This document shows positions 25,121 through 39,510 of a stretch of 64,000 bases of DNA, piece by piece. The position numbers and the translations under genes were made by a program. The stretch lies in assembly GCF_001194135.2 (NCBI RefSeq), contig NC_068989.1, positions 7,401,973 through 7,465,972 on the forward strand, written 5' to 3'. Origin of the DNA: Octopus bimaculoides. Lineage: Eukaryota. Each line of letters begins with the position of its first letter. Position 1 is the first letter of the stretch. The notes under the pieces are model-generated. The model was not told where the DNA came from. It saw only the letters and a program-made list of their open reading frames with translations, and made no database searches.

Positions 25121-28100
25121 ATGGCTGGTCAAACAAATGCTGGTGGCATTGACTTAAGGTTAGTCTCGAACTTTTCTCTCATTCATTGTATCTTTTTTCA
25201 CTTCGTCTTCGTTAATTCCCAGCTCTTTCGGTGTTTGTTATGAGCTTCGATTCTATTATCCTTAGTTTCTTCCAAAGTCTTGTTTTTACAAGAAAGAACG
25301 CAAAATAATAACGAGTTAAAAACGAGGCATTTATTTTGTTTACGTATTTCACAGGCGTGGCTGTGTAGATAAGAAGCTTGCTTTACAACCACATGGTTTC
25401 AGGTTCATTCCCACTACGTGGTACCTTGGGCAAGTGTCGTTCTTCTGCTATAGCCCCAAGACCGACCAAAGCTTTGCGGGTGGGTTTGGCAAACGGAAAC
25501 TGTGTGCCAAATCTGAGTGGATTTGGTAGGCGGAAACTGAAAGAAGCCCGTCGTATATATATNNNNNNNNNNNNNNNNNNNNNNNNNNNNNNNNNNNNNN
25601 NNNNNNNNNNNNNNNNNNNNNNNNNNNNNNNNNNNNNATATATATATATATATATATATATATATTTCTTTCCATCATAACAAGACACCCATGTCTATCC
25701 CCTCTTTAACTTAAATCCCTCAACTGGCATAATACCATGACCCCTGCTCAATACTACTCCCCTCCCCCAGTTGAGGGGTTTTGTTTTGCAAGCTGCTTGG
25801 TGTCCCTGTCAGTGCTGGTGACATGGAAAAGTCACTGGTGCAGGTGCCAGTCATCGAGTATGGTTCAATTACAATTAGCAAGGCATCCTGTATAGTTATG
25901 GTGCTAAAAAGCACAGAATTATTAATAGTAGACTGTTATTTCTGTACTTTTAAGCACTATACATTGACCCTAGGGCTATGGTAGAATTGCCCAAGATGGC
26001 ATACAGTAGGACTAAACCTGAGACCACATAGTTGGGAAGATAACTTTTCAGCCACACAGCAATGGCCATCTCTGCAGTGACAGAAATATCGTTGATTCTT
26101 TTCTTACCGTTTTGTGTTTTTTCTTTATTTTATTATTATATTTACAGAACTGCTGAAGAAGTCAAAAAGGTTTTAAATTATGCTAAAATACAACCATCTG
26201 AATTTAAACCATTTGTACAATGTATCAACTTCTCTGAGAGTCTTGAGAATGAGAACCTCAAACTTTTGGAAATCGATGCGTCCATCATGGACTCCCTTGT
26301 TGAAGGACAGCAGTGAGTATCATTGCATTTTATTTCAATTCTGCGGTTTTATAGTTTTTTTAATATTTTCTACAAGATCATCATTATAACAACTATTTTA
26401 CTGTGTTTGTTGTCTGGGTCAGATGGAATTTGTTTCTCCATGGCCTAAACATATCTTTATCGCAGCTTAGATATGAAAGACACCAGTTGCATGACAGTGA
26501 CACTTGGTTACAGCCATCACGTGATGTCAAAGAAGTAAAACACACATACATACATACGATGGGCTTCTTTCAGTTTCCATCTACCAAATTCATTCACAAG
26601 GTTTTGGTCAGCCCACTGCTATAGCAGAAGACACTTGCTCAAAGTGCCATGCTGTAGGACCGAACCTAAAACTATGTGGTTGGGAAACAAGCTTCTTATC
26701 ACTCAACCATACCAGCACCTGATGACTATCATCGTCATCATCATTGTTTAACGTCCGTTTTCCATGCTGGCATGTGTTGGACGGTTTTACTTAAGACTGG
26801 CAAATCAGGATGCTGCACCAAGCTCCACTGATCTGGCAAGGTTTCTACAGCTGGATGCCCTTCCTAATGCCAACCACTCTGAGAGTGTAGTGGGTGCTTT
26901 TTATGTGCCACTGGCATCGACCACGCTTGAATGGTGCGTTTTTATGTGCCACCAGCACAGGTGCCAGTCAAGCTGGTGATGATGATGAGGGTTCATTTAC
27001 TGTCTGTTTTCCATCCTGGCTTGGATTGGATGGTTTGACAGGAGCAGGTCATGCCAGAGAGCTGCACCAGGCTTCAATTGTCTGTTTTTGCAAGTTTCTA
27101 CAGCTGGACGTGCCCCTACCAACACCAACCACTTTACAGAGTGTACTGGCTGCTTTTTACATGGCTCCAGCACAGGTGTTTTTTTTTACATGGCACCAGC
27201 TTTAGTGGAGTCGCCAAGTATTACTATTGTGATAGTATTATATTGGTTTCCAATGCTCCATTGTAATTTCCCTTCTAAATTTTATGCTTGACCCTTTATT
27301 ACTACTCCTTCTCTTTTACCCTTAGTGTTGTTATCCGTGGTGACAAAGCAGATGGAGCTGTACTCTGTACAAAAGAGAAGACGTATGAACTAAAAGAAGC
27401 AGAAACCTCCAATTCTTTACTCATCTTGCCAGACTGTGTCACCGAGAATCTGGCTTCTGATGGAGAATTAACTATAAATCATCTTCAGGTAAATTCTTTG
27501 TTCATTTGTCTTTGGTTTTATTTCCTGTGTGAAAGGCAGACTAAAACTTCTGAATACTGAAGATTAGTTACCATCAATATTATTATTAATATAGTTCTAT
27601 ATTTAAGAGACGAGGAATTATGTACATTATTTACATTTGACGGATATTTGTCCTCATCTTGTTTGTTGTTAACACAATGCTTCGGCTAATATACCCCCAA
27701 GTCAAGTGTCACATAAAAAGCACACATTACACTCTCAGAGAGGTTGGCATTAGGAAGGGCATCCAACCGTAGAAACCAACCAAAAACAGACTGGAATTTA
27801 GTGCAGCCTTCCAGCTTACCAGTTCCAGTCAAACCGTCCAACCCATGCCAGCATCAAAAGCAGACGTTAAATGATGATCATGATGATGAAATATATATAT
27901 ATCATCATCATCGTTTAGCATCTGTTTTCCATGCTGGCATGGGTTGGACGGTTTTGACAGGAGCTGGCCAGGCTCCAGTTGCCTACTTGGTATGGTTTCT
28001 ATGGCTGGAGGCCCTTCCTAATGCCAACCACTTTACAAAGGACACTGGGTGCTTTCTTATGTGCTACCAGCATAAGTACATTTTATGCGGCACTGGCATG

Positions 28101-31100
28101 AGTGCATTTCATATGGCACCAGCATGAACATGTATCATGTGGCACCAGCACGAGTGCATTTTACATGGCACCAGCACCTGCAAGACAAAGACCTCTCAGC
28201 TGGAAGGGAAGTGGGCAGTCTCAAGAAACTCCACCTGACCTAGACAACCATAGAAAAGTGGACATTAAAATATGGCATAGTGGCTAAGAAGGCAGGCTAC
28301 TAACCCCAAGATTCCTAGTTCGATTCCAAGCAGTGACCTGAACAATAATAATAATAATAATAATAACATTGAAAAATACCTTAGGAATGAGAACCCAGGT
28401 TTGAAATTTCCCCAAGACACCTGCTGAAGGCTGGAGGGTATATTAGCCGAAACGTTGTGTTAACAACAAACAAGATGAGGACAAATATCCGTCAAATGTA
28501 AATAATGTACAACAATAATCTTCTAATCCATTAATGCATAGCTGACAGAAATGTTAGCATGCCCGCCGAAATGCTTAACGGTATTTCGTCTGCTGTTACA
28601 TTCTGAGTTCAAATTCCACCAAGGTCGACTTTGCCTTTCATCCTTTCAGGGTTGATAAATTAAGTACCAGTTGCGTACTGGGGTCGATCTAATCGACTGG
28701 CCTTGTGCCTAGAGTAGAAAAGATAATATGTATAGGTGATCACCTAATTCTATGAGTTTATAAATCTGTTTGCAGCGACAATAATCTTGTAACTCATAGC
28801 ATCCAGAAAAATGGATGCAGGAAAAATTACTATTGCATGGTAAGTAAACTTCCCAGTGCTGTATAAGTAAGCAGGCACTGCATAGAAATAAACCAACTGT
28901 ACACACGTACGAAACAAGTAATAGTAATTTTTCTTGCATGCTATGCATTAATGGGTTAATCTTTAATCTTTATTCATTTGTCAATGTTATGTTCTACAGG
29001 TTGTTTCTTCATTAAAGACTTACTATGAGATGAAACCCTGCAGAGCGAAACTGGAAAAACTGCGACATGTGTTGGAAGAAAATATTTACAGCGGTCAGGA
29101 GTGTGAAGATGATGAAGCACACCAGGGCAAAAAGGTGGATTTTGACACCCAGTTTAATATAAATATCTGTGTGTGTGTGTGAGAGAGAGAGAACATATGT
29201 AGCATATGTGTATGAGACGGTCTGGCACAGCTGTTTNNNNNNNNNNTATGTAGCATATGTGTATGAGACGGTCTGGCACAGCTGTTTTGGTACCACCCAG
29301 AACCATGTGGTTGGTAAGCAAGCTACTTACCACACAACCACTCCTGTACCTACAGAAAACACAAATGAAATGATAATTGATCAATAAAGTTTATTAATCT
29401 GTGCATCAAATACATTTCATCCTGTATCAAAATTAGAAAATTCTGATAGGAATGTATGTCCACCTCATCCCCACTTGATAACCTATGTTGGTTTGTTTAT
29501 ATCCCTTTGACTCGGCAACTTGGCAAAAGAGACCAACAAAATAAATACCAGACTTAAAATTAGTACTGGGGTCAATAATCCAATGACCTAAACAACCAAA
29601 AGAAGAAATTAAGACCAGTAAATCTATAATACATTAAAAGTGAAGTTCAATCTTGCTTGCTTGCAATGTTACACAGCCAAACTGGCACATAATGAGAAAA
29701 TACCTTGAAAGTAAAGTGCCCCTGAAATGTGAATATAAAACAAGTTGTGTAAATCCGACCAGTAGTTGAGATATTCAGGGTTTTGGGGGTATAAATATCC
29801 AAAATGGTGCATAATGGGAAAATACTCCAAAAATAACTTAACCCTGAAAGGGAAGAAACTCTAACCTTTCCATTAGACACATTATGATGGGCAAAATATT
29901 TGAAAATGACTTTAACAATATTGTAAATATTTCACAAGACACCTGTTTGTAACCTCCATGTGAAATAGCTTTTTTNNNNNNNNNNACAACTGTTTGTAAT
30001 AAAGGACCACGAATGTCTGTTAGGTGGTAGCAGGGCATGCAATAAATAACTTTCCTTTTCTGGGAAAAGGGTCCATTTACGTGTGATTTCAATGTCCCCT
30101 TTGTTCAAAGCATGTAAATTAACATAGAAAAGCAAACAAAACCCACAAAACAAAACTCCGTTGCTAGGAAACCCAATGGATTATGAGTTGTCTAGTATTG
30201 ATAGAAACTTGCCATGTTTCAGACAAAAGATAAAGTATATGGAAGATCTGTTTGACAACAAAATATTTCTTTCCACATTACAGTACACCACAGAGGACCT
30301 GCTTGATATTGTCCAGGCTAGTGAGAAAGAGCTGTTTGCAGGGTTGAAAAAGTTAAATATTTGTTTTATAAACGGTAAGTAGTTGTTGTTCTTCATATTT
30401 TTGCAGTGTGTCTATCATAGAATGAACATTATTGAACTATAATTCTGGTGATTGTGGAACAGATGTATCACTTGGTTTCACATCATAACTTGATCCCTGG
30501 ATGCTTTCAGTGGATTAAGGGTCTCAGGCTGCAGGATAACTGCTTTTTCTTACAGTTTTTCTTGTACAGTGTCAGTGTTTGTTAGAGGGTACAAGTAGAA
30601 GTCGTTCTCCACCCTGAAGAGAACATCTATCAAGAGCTCAGGTCTTTTGGGTAACAACTCAAAAAGCATTTTTTCCCATATTTGCTGAATATAAATATAT
30701 ACCTTTGTGTAATATCCTTTTCTACTCTAGGCACAAGTCCCGAAATTTTGGCGGAGACGGGGCCAGTAGATTAGATTGACCCCAGTGCGCAACTGGTACT
30801 TAATTTATTGACCCTGGAAGGATGAAAGGCAAAGTTGACCTTACTGGAATTTGAACTCAGAACGTAAAGGCTGACAAAATACTGCTAAGCATCTCACCTG
30901 GTGTGCTAACGTTTCTGCCAGCTCGCCACCTTAATGATAATAATAATCTTTTCTACTCTAGGTACAAGGCCCAAAACTTTTGGGGAGGGGGCTAGTCGAT
31001 TAGATTGACTCCAGTATGCAACTGGTATTTAATTTATCAACCCTGAAAGGCAAAGTCAACCTTGGCGGAATTTGAACTCAGAACATAGACAGATGAAATG

Positions 31101-33836
31101 CCGCTAAGCATTTTGCCCGGCATGCTAACGTTTCTGCCAGCTCTCCGCCTTATATCTTTGTGTAATATTGCAGTATATTGCATGTGATCCATGTTCAGCT
31201 CATCTGATATAGGTGAAAAAAAAAAAACAATACTTTTGCATTTGACCTTTGCCTGACATGGTGAACATGGATCACATGCTACCTAGGGCCTCCTTCAGTT
31301 AAAGCTGACCATGCGTAGTATCCTTGCAGTTTTCAGTTCAGCTGGAGCAGTGTCTCTGGTAGCTAAACCTATATGTGAGTAACAGTCTCTCTCACATAAA
31401 ACAGTGGTTCCCAGAGTGGGTGGTACTCCACCCACCCCTTGAGGGGNNNNNNNNNNNNNGGGAAAGATCCAAGGGGGCATTGAAGAAAAATAAAATGAGT
31501 TTGTGTGTTGAAACAACGACTATTGAAAAGGCTGCAAGACGCAACAAAAATTTTAGAAAAATAAATAAGTAAATGAATGGAAACTTTACTGGTGAGTGTG
31601 TTAAATAATAAGGCACTAAAGGGGAATGACTCTCCCCAAACACAACAAAATGTATTTATTAGTTTCTTTTTTGTTTTCTTTTGAGCAGGTTATTGGCGCA
31701 TGCTTGACTTTGATTTCAAAAGTCAGGTTCTTTCCCACATCTTACAGCTGAGTGAAGAGGAAGACGGCTGGATGGATTCTGGAGTTCCATTGGATGCTTG
31801 CTGTCAAATACTTGAGGAACTTTATCTTAGGTCAGTAGGAGTTATTTGCTAGAGTGGCGAACAGAAAGCCACACAATATTTTGTTTCACTCTTCACTTTC
31901 TGAGTTCAAACCCTACCAATGTCAGCTTTTCATTTTATCTTTCTTGGGTTGATAAAATAAATTACTAACAACAAACTGAGGTTCATTTTACTCGATTCTA
32001 CTTCTCTCAAATTTCTGACCTTGTGCTTATCATCATAATCATCATCATCATCATCATTATTATTTAATGATTGTCCTCCAATGTTTGGCATGGGGTGGGC
32101 AGTTTGACCAGAGGTAGCAAGTCAGAAAACTGCGTTTGAGGCTGTATTGTCAACTTAATAAGTAATAAATAATAAGTACTATTCAAGCGTTGGTCAATGC
32201 CAGTGCTGCCTGACTGGCTCCTGTGCCAGTGGCACGTAAAAAGCACTATCCGAACGTGATCAATGCCAGGCCCACCTGACTGGCTCCTGTGCCGGTGGCA
32301 CATAAAAAGCACACACTACACTCTCGGAGGGCATCCAGCTATAGAAACCTTGACAGATCAGATTGGAGCCTGGTGCAGCCTACTGGCTTGCCAGTCCCCA
32401 GTCAAACCATCCAACCCATGCCAGCATGGAAAACGGACATTAAACAATGATGATGATGATATTAAACATGACTTGACATGAATCAACTAATTTTAACTTG
32501 ATACGAACCTTTTCAGGGTTGATTCCAACCGTTTTATCTGCATAAGTTGACATAAATGGTTTGATGCTTTTTCTAACTTTTTTCTGTTTCATTTCAAAAG
32601 ATGTGTCATTGAACATGTTCTCAAGTGCTATACTGATGAAGTTGATGGTGTAACAGGTGAGACTCAGTCTTTACTTGTTTTTTTTTTTTGTTTTTTTTTT
32701 TTTTGCATTTTATTCTTTGTAATTGAGGTATTTATATATAGGCGATGGCATGGCTATGTGGTTTTGTGTTCAATCCCATTGCATGGCACCTCGGGCAAAT
32801 GTCTTCTACTGTTATCCCTGGGCTGACCAATATCTTGCAAGCAAATTTGGGAAGGAGTGATTTGGTTATCATTTCTAGCAAATTGAACAATTTGACTCTC
32901 GTGCCAGTATATTATTTCTAACCCCGGGTCAACTGATCGAGCAGATACAGGATCAAATGGCACCCCAGCCATGAACGTTTTGTCTCTTTTGTTTTTTAGA
33001 CATGGTATATCTAGGATCACATTAGATAATGTTTCCTTGAAGATTGTAGGATGTAATTTGAGGGAAATTTCAATGTTATTTCTAGGCTGTTACAACAACA
33101 TAAAGCAGCATTGTCATTCTAAAAAGTAAACCCAAGTATTCTACCTTTTTTTATGTTCAGACTGGCCAGATCTGGCCTCTCACACCTATCCTATAATGTC
33201 ATTGTAAACATTAACAATCTTGTCATCAACATCTCAGGGCTGTAATTGTTTATCAATTTGTAAATTTTGTTTTCTCATTCTTTCAGGAAAGCTTTATAAA
33301 TTGAGTGAAGATAAAGTCTGTGCCTTCTTCGCTGAGCTGACACTAAGGAATGCTGGGAAGGTAATGTATTTTAAACTGATTTCTTATCACACACACACGC
33401 AAATTAAGTGATTGTGTGATTGTATACTTTTCTTTTTGTTTTTTCTCAGTTCAACTTGGCTGAGTTCTTGGAAGTCTGGAAGCAGTGTGTTCCAGAAGGG
33501 ATGACAACCAACCTAAGACAGACCGAAGTAAGTCACATGATTTCCGTCGTCATCATCATCATCACTGTTGTCATTGCTGTCATCCTTATCATCATCAAGT
33601 TTTCCTTGCTCACATAAATTGTAATAATTTACAAGACCGCAGCCTCCTCAAAATTAATCTTAGGTAACACATCTGCACTTAGCAGAAATAAAGGCATCCC
33701 AGATAATTATTTCAGCAAGTTTAAGGTGATTTCTTTTGTGCTGTAAACCATTTATCATTTCTGTGTTGCCCTCTTCTTCTCCTGATCCCCTAAGCACATG
33801 CTTATTTCGTTTAATGGCTAATCCAGCACTGCTATG

Positions 33837-33880
<44 letters not shown>

Positions 33881-36184
33881 CAGTGTCTCCATCTTAGTTG
33901 CTCGCATTTATGTCTTTGATACCATTCTCAGAGTTCGCTCTGGCGCTTTATCATTAGGTTCTTCATCTATTTCTCAACTTCTCCCACCTACCCCTTTTAA
34001 TGTGGGGTACCCATATTTCTCCTCCATAGCAAGAAGTGTATGCTTGTCCCTCTATCATAGGGCCATCTCCCCATCTCAAACACTCTTTTTCCTTAGTCCC
34101 CAGTTCTTTTTCTGTCTTGGAAGCTGCTTGGTGGCATCACTAGTGCCAAGAGCATGAAAAAAAGCATCCAGGTATGCATAATAAAGTGTTCAATTAATAA
34201 CTTGTAATGTCTCTCTTCCTCCCTCCACCCTCTCTCTCTTTCTCTCTCTCTCCCTCTCTCAATCTGTTTGTGTTTCTTTTTGCACATGCATGTGCATATG
34301 TTTGTCTCCAATGCCAAAATGTCCTGTTGCCCAAAACATTTTGAATGTCCAGTCAGTCATGCCAAGTTGTCAGCGCCCAAACAGCAGTGCCCAATAGTCT
34401 CATTCTGCTTTCTAGTACATTTTTTGCATGGATTTTTAAAAAAATCTTTTAAATTTTCAATTTTTTGTCACTATACAGGGTATAGCTTTAGTGAGTAGGG
34501 AATCAAAACCAGAGGTTATATGGTACTTCTCTGCAGAAGACTTACCTGAAGATTTGGCAGAACGGTAAGTTCATATTTTCAATTAGTTTTTATAATTTAA
34601 TTGGACAATAGACATTAAATGATAATGATGATGATAAATAAAATAAAATTAATTTTTGCTTCTTTATGCAGGTTTTCAATATTATTTCAAGCTCGTGGAA
34701 AATGGACCCTGGATGAAATTACACCTTATCTTACGTAAGTCAACTGTGTGCCATCCTCTGCCCCTTGATTGAAAAATATTATTTCTTATTTTATCAAATG
34801 GAAAAAAACTATGATGTCTTTGACCGGTTACTTTTCAAATCTTAATGCTCTTCATTTTATTGCTGAGGGACAATATGGCCTTATTTATTTTCATAGTGGA
34901 GCAGTTATGGACAAACTACAGACCTTCTGAGTTGCATGTGTAACGAAAAATTATTTTGAATTACTGGCACTTGTGCCGGTGGCACGTGAAAAAACATTTG
35001 AGCAAGGTCGTTACCAGTGCTGCTGGACTGGCTCCTGTGCAGGTGGCACGTAAAATACACCATTTTGAGCGTGGCTGTTGCCAGTACCTCCTGACTGGCC
35101 TTCGCGCCGGTGGCATGTAAAAGCACCCACTACACTCTTGGAGTGGTTGGCATTAGGAAGGGCATCCAGCTGTAGAAACTCTGCCAAACCAGATTGGAGC
35201 CTGGTGTAGCCATCTGGTTCACTAGTCCTCAGTCAAATCGTCCAACCCATGCAAGCATGGAAGGCGGACGTTAAACGATGATGANNNNNNNNNNACGTAA
35301 AAGCACCCACTACACTCTTGGAGTGGTTGGCATTAGGAAGGGCATCCAGCTGTAGAAACTCTGCCAAACCAGATTGGAACCTGGTGCAGCCATCTGGTTC
35401 ACTAGTCCTCAGTCAAATCGTCCAACCCATGCAAGCATGGAAGGCGGACGTTAAACGATGATGATGATGATGATTAGTGGCACCAGTGCCACTTAGAAGC
35501 ACCCAGCTCACTGTGTAAAGTGGTTGACCTTAGGAAGGGCATCCAGCTGTAGAAACCAAACTAAATCAGACTGGAAACTAGTGCAGCTTGCCGGCTCTGG
35601 TTAAACCATCCAACCCATGCCAGCATGGAAAACAGACGATAAATGATGATGATGATCCATGTTTCATGCAGCCTGCTTCTTGAAAAAAAAAAAATGGTTG
35701 CCTCTACATGTAGTAGGGCAATCTGATCTTTGCTCTTCAAACCCCTAATGGTTATAGACTCATCAGTTACCAGTTATCTGGCTGTCACCTTGTGTGTAGG
35801 ACAAACATATACACACACATATACATATTTATATATATATATATATATATACGACGGGCTTCTTTCAGTTTCCATCTACCAAATCCACTCACAAGGCTTC
35901 GGTCGGCCCGAGGCTATAGTAGAAGACACTTGCCCAAGGTGCCACGCAGTGGAACTGAACCTGATACCATGTGGTTGGGAAGCAAGCCTCTCACCACACA
36001 GCCACTCCTGCACCCATTTTTCTTTGTTTTTACTTATTTTTCTGCTACGTTGTTTGTTTTTTTCTTCTGTTTTAGGGACCTGGAGACTGGGAAACTAGAT
36101 GTAAGCAGTATGTTACTGAAATATGCACGTGCTTCAACGCAAAATGCACAGAAGATTTATACATCACGAAAACCAGTTTTATGA
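25121..36184 (+). CDS. DSCC1: Sister chromatid cohesion protein DCC1 (CTF18-RFC subunit), 399 aa, 12 coding exons
   Basis: Exons 25121-25158, 26148-26312, 27326-27488, 29000-29134, 30284-30374, 31689-31830, 32601-32656, 33287-33360, 33450-33527, 34479-34564, 34672-34734 and 36076-36184 (1200 nt), all GT-AG and in frame. Motifs VIRGDKADGAVLCTKEKTYELKEAETSNSLL, QASEKEL, NGYWRMLD, FLEVWKQCVPEG, KWTLDEITPYL and LLKYAR match DCC1. Exon 1 is short and is the least certain. Confidence 0.95.
27728..28045. repeat. Tail-to-tail inverted pair of RTE 3' tails in DSCC1 intron 3
   Basis: 27728-27885 (+) and about 27900-28045 (-), separated only by (GAT)n-(TA)n-(ATC)n. Confidence 0.75.
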
Positions 36185-36310
36185 AAGTTGAAGACCAAAG
36201 CAGAATGGCATCAACGTTTGATTGAATCTTTTAGAAAATGCTGTCCCGAACCCAAAAGATGACACAACATTATTGTATGCAGACATACATACTTATATGC
36301 ATACAATCCT

Positions 36311-37355
36311 TTAACCCTTTAGCATTCAGATTACTTTATGGATCTTTTTTAAAACGGGGACCACATTTTTCATTAACGAAACACTTTGAAACTTGGAACA
36401 CTGGTAGAATGTGTCATATAAAACATCTTTTTCTCTTAGTCTTCTTAAAAAAAAAAGAAATCCATAAATTATTCCATGTTAAAGTTGTCGTATTTCTGTA
36501 ATTTCAACCAATCACTGACGTCCATTCAGCCGATATACATTAAGTGCCGACTACATAAACAAACAATTCTGAAACAATTAACCCTAACCCAAATAAAACG
36601 AAGGTATGGAGATTAAATACGCTTTACATCGCTTAATCAGCCAAAGGAGTAAATGTAAACAACTGAATNNNNNNNNNNNNNNNNNNNNNNNNNNNNNNNN
36701 NNNNNNNNNNNNNNNNNNNNNNNNNNNNNNNNNNNNNNNNNNNNNNNNNNNNNNNNNNNNNNNNNNNNNNNNNNNNNNNNNNNNNNNNNNNNNNNNNNNN
36801 NNNNNNNNNNNNNNNNNNNNNNNNNNNNNNNNNNNNNNNNNNNNNNNNNNNNNNNNNNNNNNNNNNNNNNNNNNNNNNNNNNNNNNNNNNNNNNNNNNNN
36901 NNNNNNNNNNNNNNNNNNNNNNNNNNNNNNNNNNNNNNNNNNNNNNNNNNNNNNNNNNNNNNNNNNNNNNNNNNNNNNNNNNNNNNNNNNNNNNNNNNNN
37001 NNNNNNNNNNNNNNNNNNNNNNNNNNNNNNNNNNNNNNNNNNNNNNNNNNNNNNNNNNNNNNNNNNNNNNNNNNNNNNNNNNNNNNNNNNNNNNNNNNNN
37101 NNNNNNNNNNNNNNNNNNNNNNNNNNNNNNNNNNNNNNNNNNNNNNNNNNNNNNNNNNNNNNNNNNNNNNNNNNNNNNNNNNNNNNNNNNNNNNNNNNNN
37201 NNNNNNNNNNNNNNNNNNNNNNNNNNNNNNNNNNNNNNNNNNNNNNNNNNNNNNNNNNNNNNNNNNNNNNNNNNNNNNNNNNNNNNNNNNNNNNNNNNNN
37301 NNNNNAACATTAAACAAATGGAATCTTTGGGCCGGTTTAAATGCTAAGGGGTGAA
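36311..37355. mobile_element. Long member of the TTAACCCTTTAGCATT MITE family (spans an assembly gap)
   Basis: Left TIR TTAACCCTTTAGCATTCAGATTAC at 36311; right end AATGCTAAGGGGTGAA at about 37340-37355. Confidence 0.55.
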
Positions 37356-39510
37356 TAATAGAGGATCGAGACAAAAATGATTTTAAGTCCATTTAACGTT
37401 TTGTTTTAGAATTTTATTCACTTTCCATTCTTTAAAAATATTTCATTTGAAAATCACAGTACAAAATATCCATTAGAATAATAATAACAGGAATAAAAAA
37501 TTTCCTATTAAAAAACAAAACAATGAAACGGCTATGGTGTGTAACAGTCATTCTTTTCTTTTTGTTGAAGAATTAACAATAAATGTGAAGGCAATTGGAT
37601 TACCTTTAAGCAAGAGTGGGAAAGAACCTGCACATTTAATTTCCTCTTGTTCCATACTGCACAGCACTGTACAATAATTTCTTTTGACTTGGTGTGAGGC
37701 CAGTTTTTTTTTTATACTGTGAAGCTATGTGGCTCAGTGGTGTGTGGTGGCAGGGTTTGCACACATGATCATAAGATCGTGGTTTCAATTCCCCGGACTG
37801 GACCGTGTGTTGTGTTCTTGAACAAAACATTTTATTTCATGTTGCTCCAGTTCCAGTTTCATTCAGCTGTAAGTGAATTCCAACAATAGCCGGGAAGTTT
37901 ACCCTGTGACCGACCAGCATCTCATCTCATTCTTTGGGAATGTTGCAATGTCAGTTACATGATATGGAAACTGGATTAAGCGCTAGCCTCACGAGTCCTG
38001 GGGCCCATGACAAACCTAAGTACACAGAAGGGCATATTTCTTTCATTTGAATTTTACAAACTCCAGGGATATCAGACGCAAAATCATTTCCAGAAATATT
38101 TTCATTCAAAACCTGGACTTGACCAGAACAGCTCAAACTAAACAAGACTAGCACTTTACTGTTTTGCCATCGTACACTTTACTGCAATGATTAATACAAC
38201 TTCAGTATATTACTGGTATTTATTTTTTCCTAACTCTGAAATAATTTGGAAGTAGAAACAGGAAGCACCAAACTAGACATTGTCAGGAACCTCAGTTCAA
38301 TATTAAAAATTTTTTTTTTATCAGATTTTCCCATCTTTTCTGTCACTTTTGTAGAAGAAAGTTATTTTTACCTTTAATGATAGCAAAGATTCTTCTCTTC
38401 TAGATTAAACAACTGATCTGATGTTTATATATTACATCGGAAAGGTAAAGTTATACTAGGGAGATGGGTTCAATTCCAATTGTATTTTATATTCAATACT
38501 TGACAGGATGTTTATTTCTAAATTTTAGAAATTCTGAGTCTGAGAATTAATGTCTTTTCCATTGATAAAATTTTTTAAAACGAAAACATTAGCAATTAAT
38601 TAATGAACACTGGATTTAGAAATAGCGTTGTTAAACTATTTTAATTAGAAAAGACAAAAAAATAAACTGGCAGCAATTAGTATTTAACTTTGAAATTAAT
38701 TTCAAGATTGTAGCATTAAACTCTGCCAGATCAGATTGGAGCCTGGTGAAGCCATCTGGTTCACCAGTCCCCAGTCAAATCGTCCAACCCATGCTAGCAT
38801 GGAAAGTGGACGCTAAACGATGATGATGATGGCATTGTAAGAAAGAGATACAACCTAAGGATGGGAATGAAATTTGCTTGTGGGATCCAAACCTGTTACA
38901 CTGCTTCATAGATATTCTAGTGGATTCCCAAGCTTATAGAACCGAGATAGTTATAGATACCAAACCAATGAGGGGAGCCTGCATATGGTGACTTGACCTG
39001 CTAAAAATAGTTCACAAAAAGTTTCAAATCACACTGTACAATCTTAAAAAAGGAAGGACACATTATTAATGTGGTCAAGGGATAGAATGTATTTGATCAT
39101 AGATCTACCCAGTTTGGGCTCACCTGGGACTAAATAACAGGTATAGGCACAAAATTTATTTAAAAAAAAAAAAAAAGCCCGATCATATGACTTGTACTTC
39201 TATCTCTGTGTAGTGCAAACCTCAAATTTAGCTTATTTATTGCACTTAATTTTTTTAACAAGTTTTTTTTATTTTATTGCTGCACACCAACACACTTTTG
39301 TATGCATATACACGTTCATCATAAAAATGTACCTAAAGTATCAATATAAAGAAAGGTTGTTGGGGAAAACGAATAACGAAACTCAATATTGACACAGTTA
39401 AATCTGAGATGAAACTCCCAGCTGCATCGTTGTCTTGAAATTTGTAAATAATTCTTATAAGGAATGTAAAAGAACCTTTTTTTTTTTTAACTTTTTTTCT
39501 TTTTTGTAGT

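Noticed and set aside
35115-35475. Tandem duplicate RTE tails (about 35115-35284 and 35296-35475)
   Set aside because: Near-identical copies separated by a 10-N placeholder; this is a typical haplotype or contig-overlap artefact. The same applies to about 29198-29236 / 29247-29286.
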